Positions 29,896-37,998 of a stretch of 64,000 nt of DNA are shown here, piece by piece. Every line of letters begins with the position of its first letter. Position 1 is the first letter of the stretch. The DNA comes from Desulfatiglandales bacterium. GTDB lineage: Bacteria > Desulfobacterota > DSM-4660 > Desulfatiglandales > Desulfatiglandaceae. The stretch is from NCBI GenBank assembly GCA_963662465.1, contig OY759599.1, positions 4,896,001 through 4,960,000 of the forward strand, read 5' to 3'. The translations under genes were made by a program, and so were the position numbers. Under the pieces are notes generated by a model. It made no database searches. It saw only the letters and a list, made by a program, of their open reading frames with translations, and had not been told where the DNA came from.

Positions 29896-30351
29896 CTAAA
29901 ACAAATGAAACAGCTTACCGAGCATGCCCACCATGGAAATGGCGGAAAAGGTCATGGCAAAGCTGAAGAGACGAAATGTCTGGCCGCGGTTCTCCCTCAG
30001 CCCCTCGTCGATGCGGCGGTCAATACGTTCAATGATTTTATCAAGCTTTACATCCACCTGTTCAAACCGTTTGTCCATCTGTTCAAACCGCTTGTCCACC
30101 TGTTCAAACCGCTTGTCCATGTCGTGCTTCAGGTTCTCTTGAGATTTGGAAAGTTGGTCGAACTTATCGTTTAATCCTTCAAACTTATCGTTTAATCCTT
30201 CGAATTTATAATCAAACTTTTGCTCAAGATTGTCAAACCGGACCTCGAAGTATTGAGAGGTGGGGATCAACCTGGCAATGAGGATTTCAATGGTCTTCTC
30301 ATTGATGCTGATTTCAGACTTTTTCTCGCTGCTTTTGTCGTCCTCGCCCAT
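29896..30351 (-). CDS. Heptad-repeat coiled-coil protein, copy 3 (3 repeats)
   Basis: Near-identical to copies 1 and 2 outside the repeat tract. Confidence 0.85.
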   Translation of the reverse strand: MGEDDKSSEKKSEISINEKTIEILIARLIPTSQYFEVRFDNLEQKFDYKFEGLNDKFEGLNDKFDQLSKSQENLKHDMDKRFEQVDKRFEQMDKRFEQVDVKLDKIIERIDRRIDEGLRENRGQTFRLFSFAMTFSAISMVGMLGKLFHLF

Positions 30352-30379
30352 ATCTCCACCCCCTTAACCTTGTTATGCA

Positions 30380-30553
30380 TTAAGTAAGCGTTCGAATAAT
30401 GTGTTTAGCGAGATATTCCTTGATTTCACGGTGTCGTGGAACAGGTTGCGACAATTTTGTAGTTGGATTGTGGTACCAATCGTGTTTTCCTCCGCGACGA
30501 AGTAAAACGCAACCCATCTTATCCAACTTCGATATTAGTTCTCGCCTTTTCAT
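30380..30553 (-). CDS. hicA: HicA-family toxin (57 aa; absent from the supplied ORF track)
   Basis: Hand translation MKRRELISKLDKMGCVLLRRGGKHDWYHNPTTKLSQPVPRHREIKEYLAKHIIRTLT: GxH and VPRH motifs; ATGA overlap with the upstream antitoxin. Confidence 0.85.
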   Translation of the reverse strand: MKRRELISKLDKMGCVLLRRGGKHDWYHNPTTKLSQPVPRHREIKEYLAKHIIRTLT

Positions 30554-30741
30554 GCAACAGCCAACTCAGCAACACGCCGTACCGAAGGAATAGTACCGCT
30601 AATAAGTTCCCGGTAAATATCTCTAAGATTTTCCTGAAGTTCTTCTATGGTCTCTCCTTGAGTCATGTAGTCAGAATATTCCTCAAAATACCCGATCCAC
30701 ATTTCACCATCTTGCCAATAGGTATATCTTAGTAAAGTCAT
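30550..30741 (-). CDS. hicB: Short HicB-like antitoxin (no DNA-binding domain)
   Basis: YWQDGEMWIGYFEEY.DYMTQGETIEELQENL motif; coupled to hicA. Confidence 0.82.
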   Translation of the reverse strand: MTLLRYTYWQDGEMWIGYFEEYSDYMTQGETIEELQENLRDIYRELISGTIPSVRRVAELAVA

Positions 30742-31126
30742 AGCCTTGCCCTTTGGTTTAAGTGTTTATAAGTGAGTCCCTGACAGATGATGGTTATCGC
30801 ACTTAATTCGTTTCATGCGGCAATACGTTCTTCCGTATAATTTTTGGTTTTGGTCTTGTTTCACCTTTGATTGTTGCCGACGTCTAACGATGCGAGCATT
30901 TTCTCTATTTTCGGTGTGCTGACCGTTGTTATTTGAATCTCCTTAAAGTCAGCAAACCATAAGTTTTATACTATCACCATCTGCGAACAACATGTCAAGA
31001 GAGATGGTGGGTGAAAATAACGGAGGCTTTTCCTTTTTTCAGAGGCGAACCCGGTCTCGTGCCCTTTTGAGCAGCCAGGCGGGGGGGGGGATGGAAAATT
31101 ATCATTGCGGAAGGCTTGAAAAATGC

Positions 31127-31155
31127 TTGACATTTTCTTCATAACTTGCTAGTTC
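31127..31155 (+). promoter_or_regulatory. Possible sigma70 promoter of the porin gene
   Basis: TTGACA, 17-nt spacer containing TG, imperfect -10 TAGTTC. Confidence 0.4.
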
Positions 31156-31318
31156 CCTGTGACAAAGCATCAGTATGGATATTTATGATCAAAAGGCGGC
31201 TTCCTAAGAAGCCACATTTTATTGAAGAAAGGGGGCGATATTCAAGACGATCTTTCGAAATGCGGTGTTTTTTTCAAAGTTTAACCCGGAACAATTCTTT
31301 TTTTAGGAGGAGAGAGTA

Positions 31319-32593
31319 ATGAAGAAGCTATTTATTGTTGGGATTGCAGCGCTGTTGTTGGTTGCTTTTACAGTGCCCGCCATGGCTAAAGTGAAGATGG
31401 GTGGTATTATCTTTACGGATTTATATTATCTGGACAGGGATGCGAATAACTCCAGAGCCTGGGGTACAGGGGATGACCCTTATCAGGTGACCACTATTCA
31501 GGTGCCGAATATTACCCGGCTGTACGGCAGATGGACTAACGAAGACAATGTTGGCATGTACATTGAGCTGGGTATTGGTCAGGTTACTGGTGGTGTTGAC
31601 CCTGTCAGTGGTGGACCTGAACAAGATGACGGCGTTAGGCTGAGACACGCCTATGGCTGGTGGGATATAACCCCCCAATTCCAAATCATGGCCGGTAAAT
31701 CCACCACGCCCTTTTCACCCTTGGATCCTTCTCAGTTGATGGGTACCCGCTCCGGGTCCGTCAATATCATCGGCGTGGGATATGGTAACTACTATTCCGG
31801 TCGTTTTGCACAGTTACGGGGTGAATTTAAATTTGGAAAAATGGGGCGTGTGGCCATTGCTCTGGTAGACCCCAATGGTACTGTTCGAATGCAGACGAAT
31901 GCCTACCAGAACTTTTTTCCTTATGATCAGGTCCAAGTAGGTACAAATCCGGATGGTACTGCGCGTTACGCCGCACTTAGCACTGACTACCAGAACAACA
32001 CCAAAATCCCACGGATTGACATTGGCGTGCCCTTGTATTTCGGCCCCGTCAGCATTTACCCAAGTTTTATGTATCAGCACAGGACCGTTGACGTTATCAA
32101 CGAACAATTGTCCAGATATGACAATTCCCTTGATACCTACGTTGGCTCTCTCGGCTTCAAGGCAGGTTTCGGCCCCTTCGGCATCGCAGCGGAAGGTCAG
32201 TATGGCAAAAACTGGGCCAACAGCCGATGTCTGATCGGTACCTCCGCTCCGGCAGGCCTCGCGGCTGCGGTAATTGATATCTCAGGCAGTGGAAAGGTCA
32301 ATGATTCAACCTCTTACGCGTACTGGATTGATGCTTCTTACAAAATTGGACCGCTTACACCGCATGTGATGTTTGGTCAGATGCACAGCGAAGTAGATGT
32401 GTACCATAGTGCGGAAGCTAGAGCTACTTCAAGCTTCTGGGGATTCAGCATTCCGATCGATCTGGCCAAGGGATTCAGGGTTCGCCCCGAACTCATGTGG
32501 TATGATGACGGTGAGCTTCAGGTCCAGGGACAGGATGCAGTAGATTTCGGTAAATACGCCATGTACGGTGTGCAGTTCCAGATTACCTTCTAA
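31319..32593 (+). CDS. Outer membrane beta-barrel porin-like protein
   Basis: Signal peptide ending AMA; LRHAYGWW; alternating beta-strands; C-terminal beta-signal QFQITF; strong RBS and own terminator. Confidence 0.8.
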   Translation: MKKLFIVGIAALLLVAFTVPAMAKVKMGGIIFTDLYYLDRDANNSRAWGTGDDPYQVTTIQVPNITRLYGRWTNEDNVGMYIELGIGQVTGGVDPVSGGPEQDDGVRLRHAYGWWDITPQFQIMAGKSTTPFSPLDPSQLMGTRSGSVNIIGVGYGNYYSGRFAQLRGEFKFGKMGRVAIALVDPNGTVRMQTNAYQNFFPYDQVQVGTNPDGTARYAALSTDYQNNTKIPRIDIGVPLYFGPVSIYPSFMYQHRTVDVINEQLSRYDNSLDTYVGSLGFKAGFGPFGIAAEGQYGKNWANSRCLIGTSAPAGLAAAVIDISGSGKVNDSTSYAYWIDASYKIGPLTPHVMFGQMHSEVDVYHSAEARATSSFWGFSIPIDLAKGFRVRPELMWYDDGELQVQGQDAVDFGKYAMYGVQFQITF

Positions 32594-32650
32594 GACCCTT
32601 TATCTGTTTTTTATGCCCTCAGTTCACACGAGTGCATAAGTTGTTTTTCC

Positions 32651-32689
32651 AACCCCTTTCCCATAGTTTTTGGGGAAGGGGTTTTTTTT
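32651..32689 (+). terminator. Intrinsic terminator after the porin gene
   Basis: AACCCCTTTCCCA...TGGGGAAGGGGTT stem followed by a T run. Confidence 0.85.
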
Positions 32690-32814
32690 GCGGAACGGAC
32701 GCCGTATAATCCTCCCATCCGTAGGTCAGGGTGCGACACGATGTCAAATTATTTGACACTGATTACACACCGTAATAAAGCGGTGTTGCCAAAAAGCCTT
32801 GACAACAAAGTTGA

Positions 32815-33162
32815 ATGAGATATTTGAAGGTCAAAAAAGAGCTGTTTAAAGGACTGTGGATATACAAGGCGGATTATGCAAGGGAAAAACATTCGGTAGT
32901 AAGGATAGATTTCAGCAAAGAAAAGGCGGAAAACAAGGTTGATAAGGATATCTATATCTTTGAGTTTAAATTTAACGGGGATGAGAATAATGCTTTAAAT
33001 CAGATTAAAGAAAGGAAATATTTTGAGAAGTATCAAGGGACGGAGGTCAGGCATCAGAGGCGAGATAAGGGAGTGACAAAGAAATTTATCTCTTCGGTGT
33101 TTGGCTTTACCGACCGGAACGTGGGGGAATGGGTCGTTGAGAAAATGTCAGCACGAAGCTAA
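32815..33162 (+). pseudogene. Internally deleted remnant of an AAA-ATPase-like + PD-(D/E)XK nuclease protein
   Basis: KKELFKGLWI...VVRIDFS (N-terminal AAA-like part) joined directly to IYIFEFK...ALNQIKERKYFEKY (C-terminal nuclease part). Confidence 0.65.
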
Positions 33163-33179
33163 GGAAAAGGGCTGCGCCA

Positions 33180-33722
33180 TCAGAGGAGGGAAAAAGAACG
33201 AAGAACTTCCGCAACCTTCGGATTTGAAGAGGCAAGCTCCCGCATTGCTTCGATGAGCGATGTTATTTGTTTTTTGTTTCCCGCAATCTTTTCTTCGACT
33301 TTTGCCACCTTGTCCTCAAAAGGGCGGATCATGGTCCTTCGGTCCCAGAGGGCAAATGAAATGGCTACCGCGACAATTCCGCCAAAAGTAGCCAAAATGC
33401 CCACAATGAGTTGAAACATATCGCTGATCCTGTTTTCCACTTGCTCGAAATGTTTATCCACCTGCTCAAAACGTTTATCCAGTTGCTCGAACCGTTTATC
33501 CAGTTGCTCGAACCGTTTATTCATATCCGATCGAAACTCCACGAACCGTTTATCGATTTGCTCAAACCGTTGGTCTACTCTCTTTTCCAATTCCTGCATT
33601 TTTATATTCAGTTGTATGAGCATTTCCCGATCCTGCTGTGAAAAACCATTTTCAGCTCGGACAACACAAGGCAGAACGAAGACAAAACTGAAAAGATAGA
33701 TCAGAAAAGCCTTCTTATTCAT
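33180..33722 (-). CDS. Signal-peptide coiled-coil protein with FEQLDKR heptads and an internal TM helix
   Basis: Signal ending VRA; FEQIDKR/FEQLDKR repeats; TM LIVGILATFGGIVAVAISFALW; DRRTMIRPFE. Confidence 0.8.
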   Translation of the reverse strand: MNKKAFLIYLFSFVFVLPCVVRAENGFSQQDREMLIQLNIKMQELEKRVDQRFEQIDKRFVEFRSDMNKRFEQLDKRFEQLDKRFEQVDKHFEQVENRISDMFQLIVGILATFGGIVAVAISFALWDRRTMIRPFEDKVAKVEEKIAGNKKQITSLIEAMRELASSNPKVAEVLRSFSLL

Positions 33723-33760
33723 GAAAAAGACCTCCTTATTTAAAGGGTATGATTTCGTAT

Positions 33761-35365
33761 TTATTCCAGATCATACACCACAAGCCGGCTTTTGGGGAAT
33801 CCGAGAAAATAACTCTCGCTGGTCACATTGGCCACAATCAGTTCATTTTGGCCGTCGTTATCCACATCAGCCACCTGGTACCCCACAACCGTTCCGGAAA
33901 GTTTCTGGCTGGTCCATTGGGAAACCAGGCCTGCCTCATCCCAGTCCATAAAATGAACCCGCCCGCTGCCGAACCAACGGAAATCCGTAAATATTCTGCC
34001 GGCTTTGGAATCATTTTTGCAGATAAGCACTTCTTTTTTTCCGTCTTTGTTGACATCGTAGGAAAAGATAGGGGACGCAATAAAAAGCCTTTGGGCAGTA
34101 TCGGCCATGCGGTTCATATCCGGATTCATATATTCCATATAGCAAAGACTTCCGCCAAAAAAATCGTCACTTTTCCACATCCGTTCACCTGTCGGATTGT
34201 AAACCTGCAAATGCTCCCATGGACCCAGCAAAATGGTAAAAAGAGAACCTTTTCCGGTAAGATCACTCTGAACAAAATTGAACACGTTGGCAAAGCGGGG
34301 AAGGTTGAGCGACCCTGCTGAAACAAAGTCGCTGCCCTGGCGTTTCAGGAGATCAACTCCCCCAAAATAATTCCCTTCGGCGTTTCGTCTCTGACCCAAG
34401 ACCACCTTTCCCTTGCCGGGGAGATCTACTACGCGAATCAGCCACGTCTGACCATGAATAATTTCGTTGAATTTAGCCCCGTCCCATTCAAGCACAAAGG
34501 AGCCGGCATTGGTGGCGGTAAGATTACAGACGTAGATCTCAGCCTTGCCGTTTCCATCAATATCGGCCACATTCATTGAGATGTAGTTAGGGGACCAACT
34601 GCCCTCGATAGTTTTAAAAAGATAAGGGCCTTTCTTCTGCCACTTGTAAATGAAAACGTTCGTTTTATCAATCACAACCAGTTCGTTTTTTCCGTCTCCG
34701 TCCAGATCCCCCACGTCCAGTCCTCTGATTTCAACTTTGAGACGCTGAACGAAAGAGGGCTTTTTATGGGAACCTTCCGCGTCCTTGCCAATGTTAATCA
34801 GCGCACCGGCATCACCTTCCGTGTGTGCAAATTCACCGGGTCTGTGTTCCTGAACAGGGATATCTTTTCCCATGATTTTGGCGTTGATGTTCTCCGCAAA
34901 CTGGTTGACCGTGGGAATAACGCCGTCCATTCCCTTTGACTGGTCGTAGGCCGTGACCAGAACTTCCGATTTTTTGACATCCAGGATTTTGGCATCCAGA
35001 CTCAGACTTTCCCCAAATACGGTGAGACTGCCGAAAATAACATAGTCGGCCCCCAGCGCTTTGCCCATTTGCAGCGCTTTTTTTTCATTGATCGGCCCCG
35101 GTACGGCGGCTAATTCCTTTTTGATGATCCCCTTTTCGATAATTTCCAGTTTATCTTTCCAGGCAAGTCTGGAACTCAGCATGTCCATGATACCTTCCTG
35201 AAGGAAATTAAGGTCTCGGTCGGCGTTCATGGTGAAGGGGAGAATAGCAAGCTTTTGAGGTTCCTCGCAAAAAGTGGGTGCAATATTAAACAGAACCAGC
35301 ATAGACGAAACAAAAAGGGTTAAGGTGTAAACGATAATTTTGGTTTTCATCATCTTCCTTTCCAA
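33761..35365 (-). CDS. Exported FG-GAP/VCBS-repeat beta-propeller protein with an N-terminal TolB_N/CsgG-like domain
   Basis: LAILPF...ALGADYVIFGSL domain; repeats GDLDGDGKNEL, ADIDGNGKAEI, DVNKDGKKEV, ADVDNDGQNEL. Confidence 0.8.
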   Translation of the reverse strand: MERKMMKTKIIVYTLTLFVSSMLVLFNIAPTFCEEPQKLAILPFTMNADRDLNFLQEGIMDMLSSRLAWKDKLEIIEKGIIKKELAAVPGPINEKKALQMGKALGADYVIFGSLTVFGESLSLDAKILDVKKSEVLVTAYDQSKGMDGVIPTVNQFAENINAKIMGKDIPVQEHRPGEFAHTEGDAGALINIGKDAEGSHKKPSFVQRLKVEIRGLDVGDLDGDGKNELVVIDKTNVFIYKWQKKGPYLFKTIEGSWSPNYISMNVADIDGNGKAEIYVCNLTATNAGSFVLEWDGAKFNEIIHGQTWLIRVVDLPGKGKVVLGQRRNAEGNYFGGVDLLKRQGSDFVSAGSLNLPRFANVFNFVQSDLTGKGSLFTILLGPWEHLQVYNPTGERMWKSDDFFGGSLCYMEYMNPDMNRMADTAQRLFIASPIFSYDVNKDGKKEVLICKNDSKAGRIFTDFRWFGSGRVHFMDWDEAGLVSQWTSQKLSGTVVGYQVADVDNDGQNELIVANVTSESYFLGFPKSRLVVYDLE

Positions 35366-35563
35366 ATTAAGTGGTCATTGTTGATAAGGCCATTGAACCA
35401 TTGCTTTTTTATCCTGCTCCCTGACAACTGTCCCCTGCCCCCTATGATATGAACGATTACAATATTTCTTTCAATTCAGTGCAGTGAAGGATATAATAAT
35501 GATCTCGAAGCTCAAAGGCAAGGTCTTATTCAGTTTGGAAGAATCCTGTAGGAGGGAAACAAC

Positions 35564-35968
35564 ATGAGAATCAAAAACATCGATCACATCGGCATTGCCG
35601 TCAAAAGCATTGAACAGGCGGGTAAATTTTATACGGACATTCTGGGGCTTCATATCGAAGAGATTGAAACGGTGGTGGAACAGAAAGTTAATGTGGCTTT
35701 CATTCCCATTACCGACAGCGAGGTTGAATTGCTGGAATCGGTGGAACCCGATGGTCCAGTGGCAAAGTATATCGAAAGTCGGGGCGAGGGGATACAGCAT
35801 ATCGCCTTTCGCGTGGACGATATCAAAGCATGCCTTCAGGAACTCAAGGAAAAGGGCGTTCGACTCATCGATCAGGCGCCGCGCCACGGTGCCGGGGGCG
35901 CAAAAATCGCATTCATCCATCCCAAAGAAACCAACGGCGTTTTGGTGGAAATCTGTGAACGGGATTGA
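35564..35968 (+). CDS. mce: Methylmalonyl-CoA epimerase
   Basis: IDHIGIAV, VELLE, GEGIQHIAFRV, FIHPKETNGVLVE. Confidence 0.9.
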   Translation: MRIKNIDHIGIAVKSIEQAGKFYTDILGLHIEEIETVVEQKVNVAFIPITDSEVELLESVEPDGPVAKYIESRGEGIQHIAFRVDDIKACLQELKEKGVRLIDQAPRHGAGGAKIAFIHPKETNGVLVEICERD

Positions 35969-35986
35969 TGCCGGCAGGGGTGTCGC

Positions 35987-36202
35987 CTAAAAGCGGTAGG
36001 TAATCAAACCATGGGTGGTATCATAAGGAGATACACTGACCTGAATACGGTCGCCGACCATCACCTTGATCCGGTGCTTTTTCATTCTACCTGAAAGAAC
36101 GCCTCTTACCGTGATGTCATTTTTACAATGAATTTCCATGGAACCACCGCCAAGAACCTTGGCAACGACGCCTTCCAGCTGAATCAAATCATTTCGACTC
36201 AA
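35987..36202 (-). CDS. infA: Translation initiation factor IF-1 (divergent)
   Basis: TTG start after AAGGAG; LSGRMKKHRIKVMVGDRI.V.VSPYD..HG.ITYR; 71 aa. Confidence 0.85.
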   Translation of the reverse strand: MSRNDLIQLEGVVAKVLGGGSMEIHCKNDITVRGVLSGRMKKHRIKVMVGDRIQVSVSPYDTTHGLITYRF

Positions 36203-36347
36203 AATGCTCCTTTCCCGGCAGTAACGCCTGAGTTGGATATTATGCGCGTGCCAGGTCCCTTTAAGAGAATGCTCGCACGGCTTGACAAAACATCTAACCA
36301 TATCATTTTGTGGGCGGATGTCAATAAAAATTGCTGAAGGAAGATAT

Positions 36348-36953
36348 ATGGACGACGGGATTATAAATGGCGTATCAGGGGTTATCCTTGCGGGGGGAAA
36401 GAGCCGTCGTTATGGGAAAAACAAAGCCCTGGTTGATATTGACGGCATTCCCCTGATTCAAAGGGTGTTGGGGGTTATGAAAAGCCTGTTTCCCTCTGTT
36501 ATTCTCATCACCAATACCCCTGAAACCTATGCCTTCCTTGATATTCCCATGTATGAGGATAAGATTAAAGGATTAGGTCCTCTGGGGGGTATTTTTACGG
36601 CTTTAGGCGTTATTCCTGAAAATGCGGGATTTTTTGTGGCTTGCGATATGCCCTTTCTCAACCGCGATTTGATTCGATATCTGGTGGCGGTTCGACAGGA
36701 TTTTGATGTGGTGGTGCCTAACCTGTCAGGAATGTTTGAATCACTTCATGCGCTCTATACCATAAAATGCCTGCCGGAAATTGAAAAATTGATCCATGCC
36801 GGCATGTACCAGACCATTCAGTTATTCCAAAAGGTTTCCGTTCGCTATGTGGATGGCAGTGAGATTCGAAAGTTTGACCCCGAACTCAGATCCTTTTCCA
36901 ATATCAACAGGCCGGAAGAATTAGTAAAAATAAGGACCCATTTTCTTAAATAA
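36348..36953 (+). CDS. mobA: Molybdenum cofactor guanylyltransferase
   Basis: ILAGGKSRRYG.NKA, GPLGGI, VACDMPF, F.NINRPEE. Confidence 0.9.
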   Translation: MDDGIINGVSGVILAGGKSRRYGKNKALVDIDGIPLIQRVLGVMKSLFPSVILITNTPETYAFLDIPMYEDKIKGLGPLGGIFTALGVIPENAGFFVACDMPFLNRDLIRYLVAVRQDFDVVVPNLSGMFESLHALYTIKCLPEIEKLIHAGMYQTIQLFQKVSVRYVDGSEIRKFDPELRSFSNINRPEELVKIRTHFLK

Positions 36954-36966
36954 TTGAGGAGAACCC

Positions 36967-37998
36967 GTGTTACAATTGATCCTTGCCGTTGGTTTTGCCA
37001 TTTTGATATCCGCCGTATGCTCTCTTTTTGAGGCCGTCCTTTACTCCGTTCCCTTGCGCCAGGTAGAGGCCATGATCCAAGGGAAAAAGTTCGGGGGCAG
37101 AACCTTTAAGCGCCTTCGCCGAAACATAGAGCGGCCCATCGCCGCCATTTTATCCCTCAATACCATTGCCAATACAGCGGGGGCGGCCTTTGCCGGCGCC
37201 GCGGCCACGGCGGTTTTCGGTCAGGAATGGTTGGGGTATTTTTCAGCTGCGTTTACCCTGGCCATTTTGATTCTTTCGGAAATTCTTCCCAAAACAGCAG
37301 GGGTTGTGTATGCCAGGTCCCTGGTGGGACCGGTGGCCTATGCCCTCAAAGGACTGGTATGGATCATGGCGCCGGTCATATGGCTGAGTGGCCGCATCAC
37401 ACGCCTGATCGGTCGGGGAAACAAAAATGAGACTGTAACGGCTGAAGAAATTCAGGTAATGGCCCGGTTGAGTCGACAGAGCGGCGGTATCAAGATCTTT
37501 CAGGAACAGGCCATTGAACGGGTGCTGACCTTGCAGGAAAAAGCGGCCAAGGATGTCATGACCCCGAGGACCGTCATCTTTTCCCTGAACCGGCATCTTA
37601 AAATATCGGATGCCGTCAAGGCGGCCGGCAAGTGGGAACACAGCCGCATCCCCTTGTTTAACAAAAGTCCGGAGGATGTGGTGGGGATTGTTCACACTCG
37701 GGATATCCTGATCTCCCTTGCTAAGGGACACACGGAGGACCCGCTGGAAAATCTCATGCGTCCCATCCATTTTGTGGCTGAAACCGCCAGGCTGAATATG
37801 GTTTTGGGGGAGTTCCTCGATCTGAAACAACATCTTTTTGCGGTCATTGACGAGTATGGAGGACTGGCCGGATTGATCTCTCTTGAAGATATTCTCGAAG
37901 AAATTCTGGGCCGGGAAATCGTGGACGAGTCGGACCAGGTAGCGGACAAACAGGAACTGGCGCGAAAACGCCGATCAACGAGCTTCGTATCTAACTGA
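36967..37998 (+). CDS. CNNM (DUF21) + CBS domain protein (hemolysin/CorB family)
   Basis: SAVCSLFEA, ILSLNTIANT, SEILPK, VMTPR, VIDEYGG..G.ISLED. Confidence 0.9.
   Translation: MLQLILAVGFAILISAVCSLFEAVLYSVPLRQVEAMIQGKKFGGRTFKRLRRNIERPIAAILSLNTIANTAGAAFAGAAATAVFGQEWLGYFSAAFTLAILILSEILPKTAGVVYARSLVGPVAYALKGLVWIMAPVIWLSGRITRLIGRGNKNETVTAEEIQVMARLSRQSGGIKIFQEQAIERVLTLQEKAAKDVMTPRTVIFSLNRHLKISDAVKAAGKWEHSRIPLFNKSPEDVVGIVHTRDILISLAKGHTEDPLENLMRPIHFVAETARLNMVLGEFLDLKQHLFAVIDEYGGLAGLISLEDILEEILGREIVDESDQVADKQELARKRRSTSFVSN

Noticed and set aside
28380..30125. 21-bp repeats as a possible CRISPR array
   Set aside because: No unique spacers; the repeats are contiguous, in frame and protein-coding; no cas genes.
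28268..30174. Plus-strand ORFs with CSNRLST or FKPLVHL repeats
   Set aside because: Antisense frames of the heptad genes.
30800..30945. Possible decayed small ORF (AAGGAG then ATA-ACA-ACG..., TTVSTPKIEKMLASL) upstream of hicB
   Set aside because: No proper start codon, an early stop and no recognisable family; too weak to call.
31091..31107. Partial Fur-box-like sequence (reverse strand AATGATAATTTTCCAT) before the porin
   Set aside because: Only a half-site match in AT-rich DNA.
36203..36347. N-terminal extensions of infA and mobA given in the ORF track
   Set aside because: They overlap each other divergently; RBS-supported downstream starts match family lengths.
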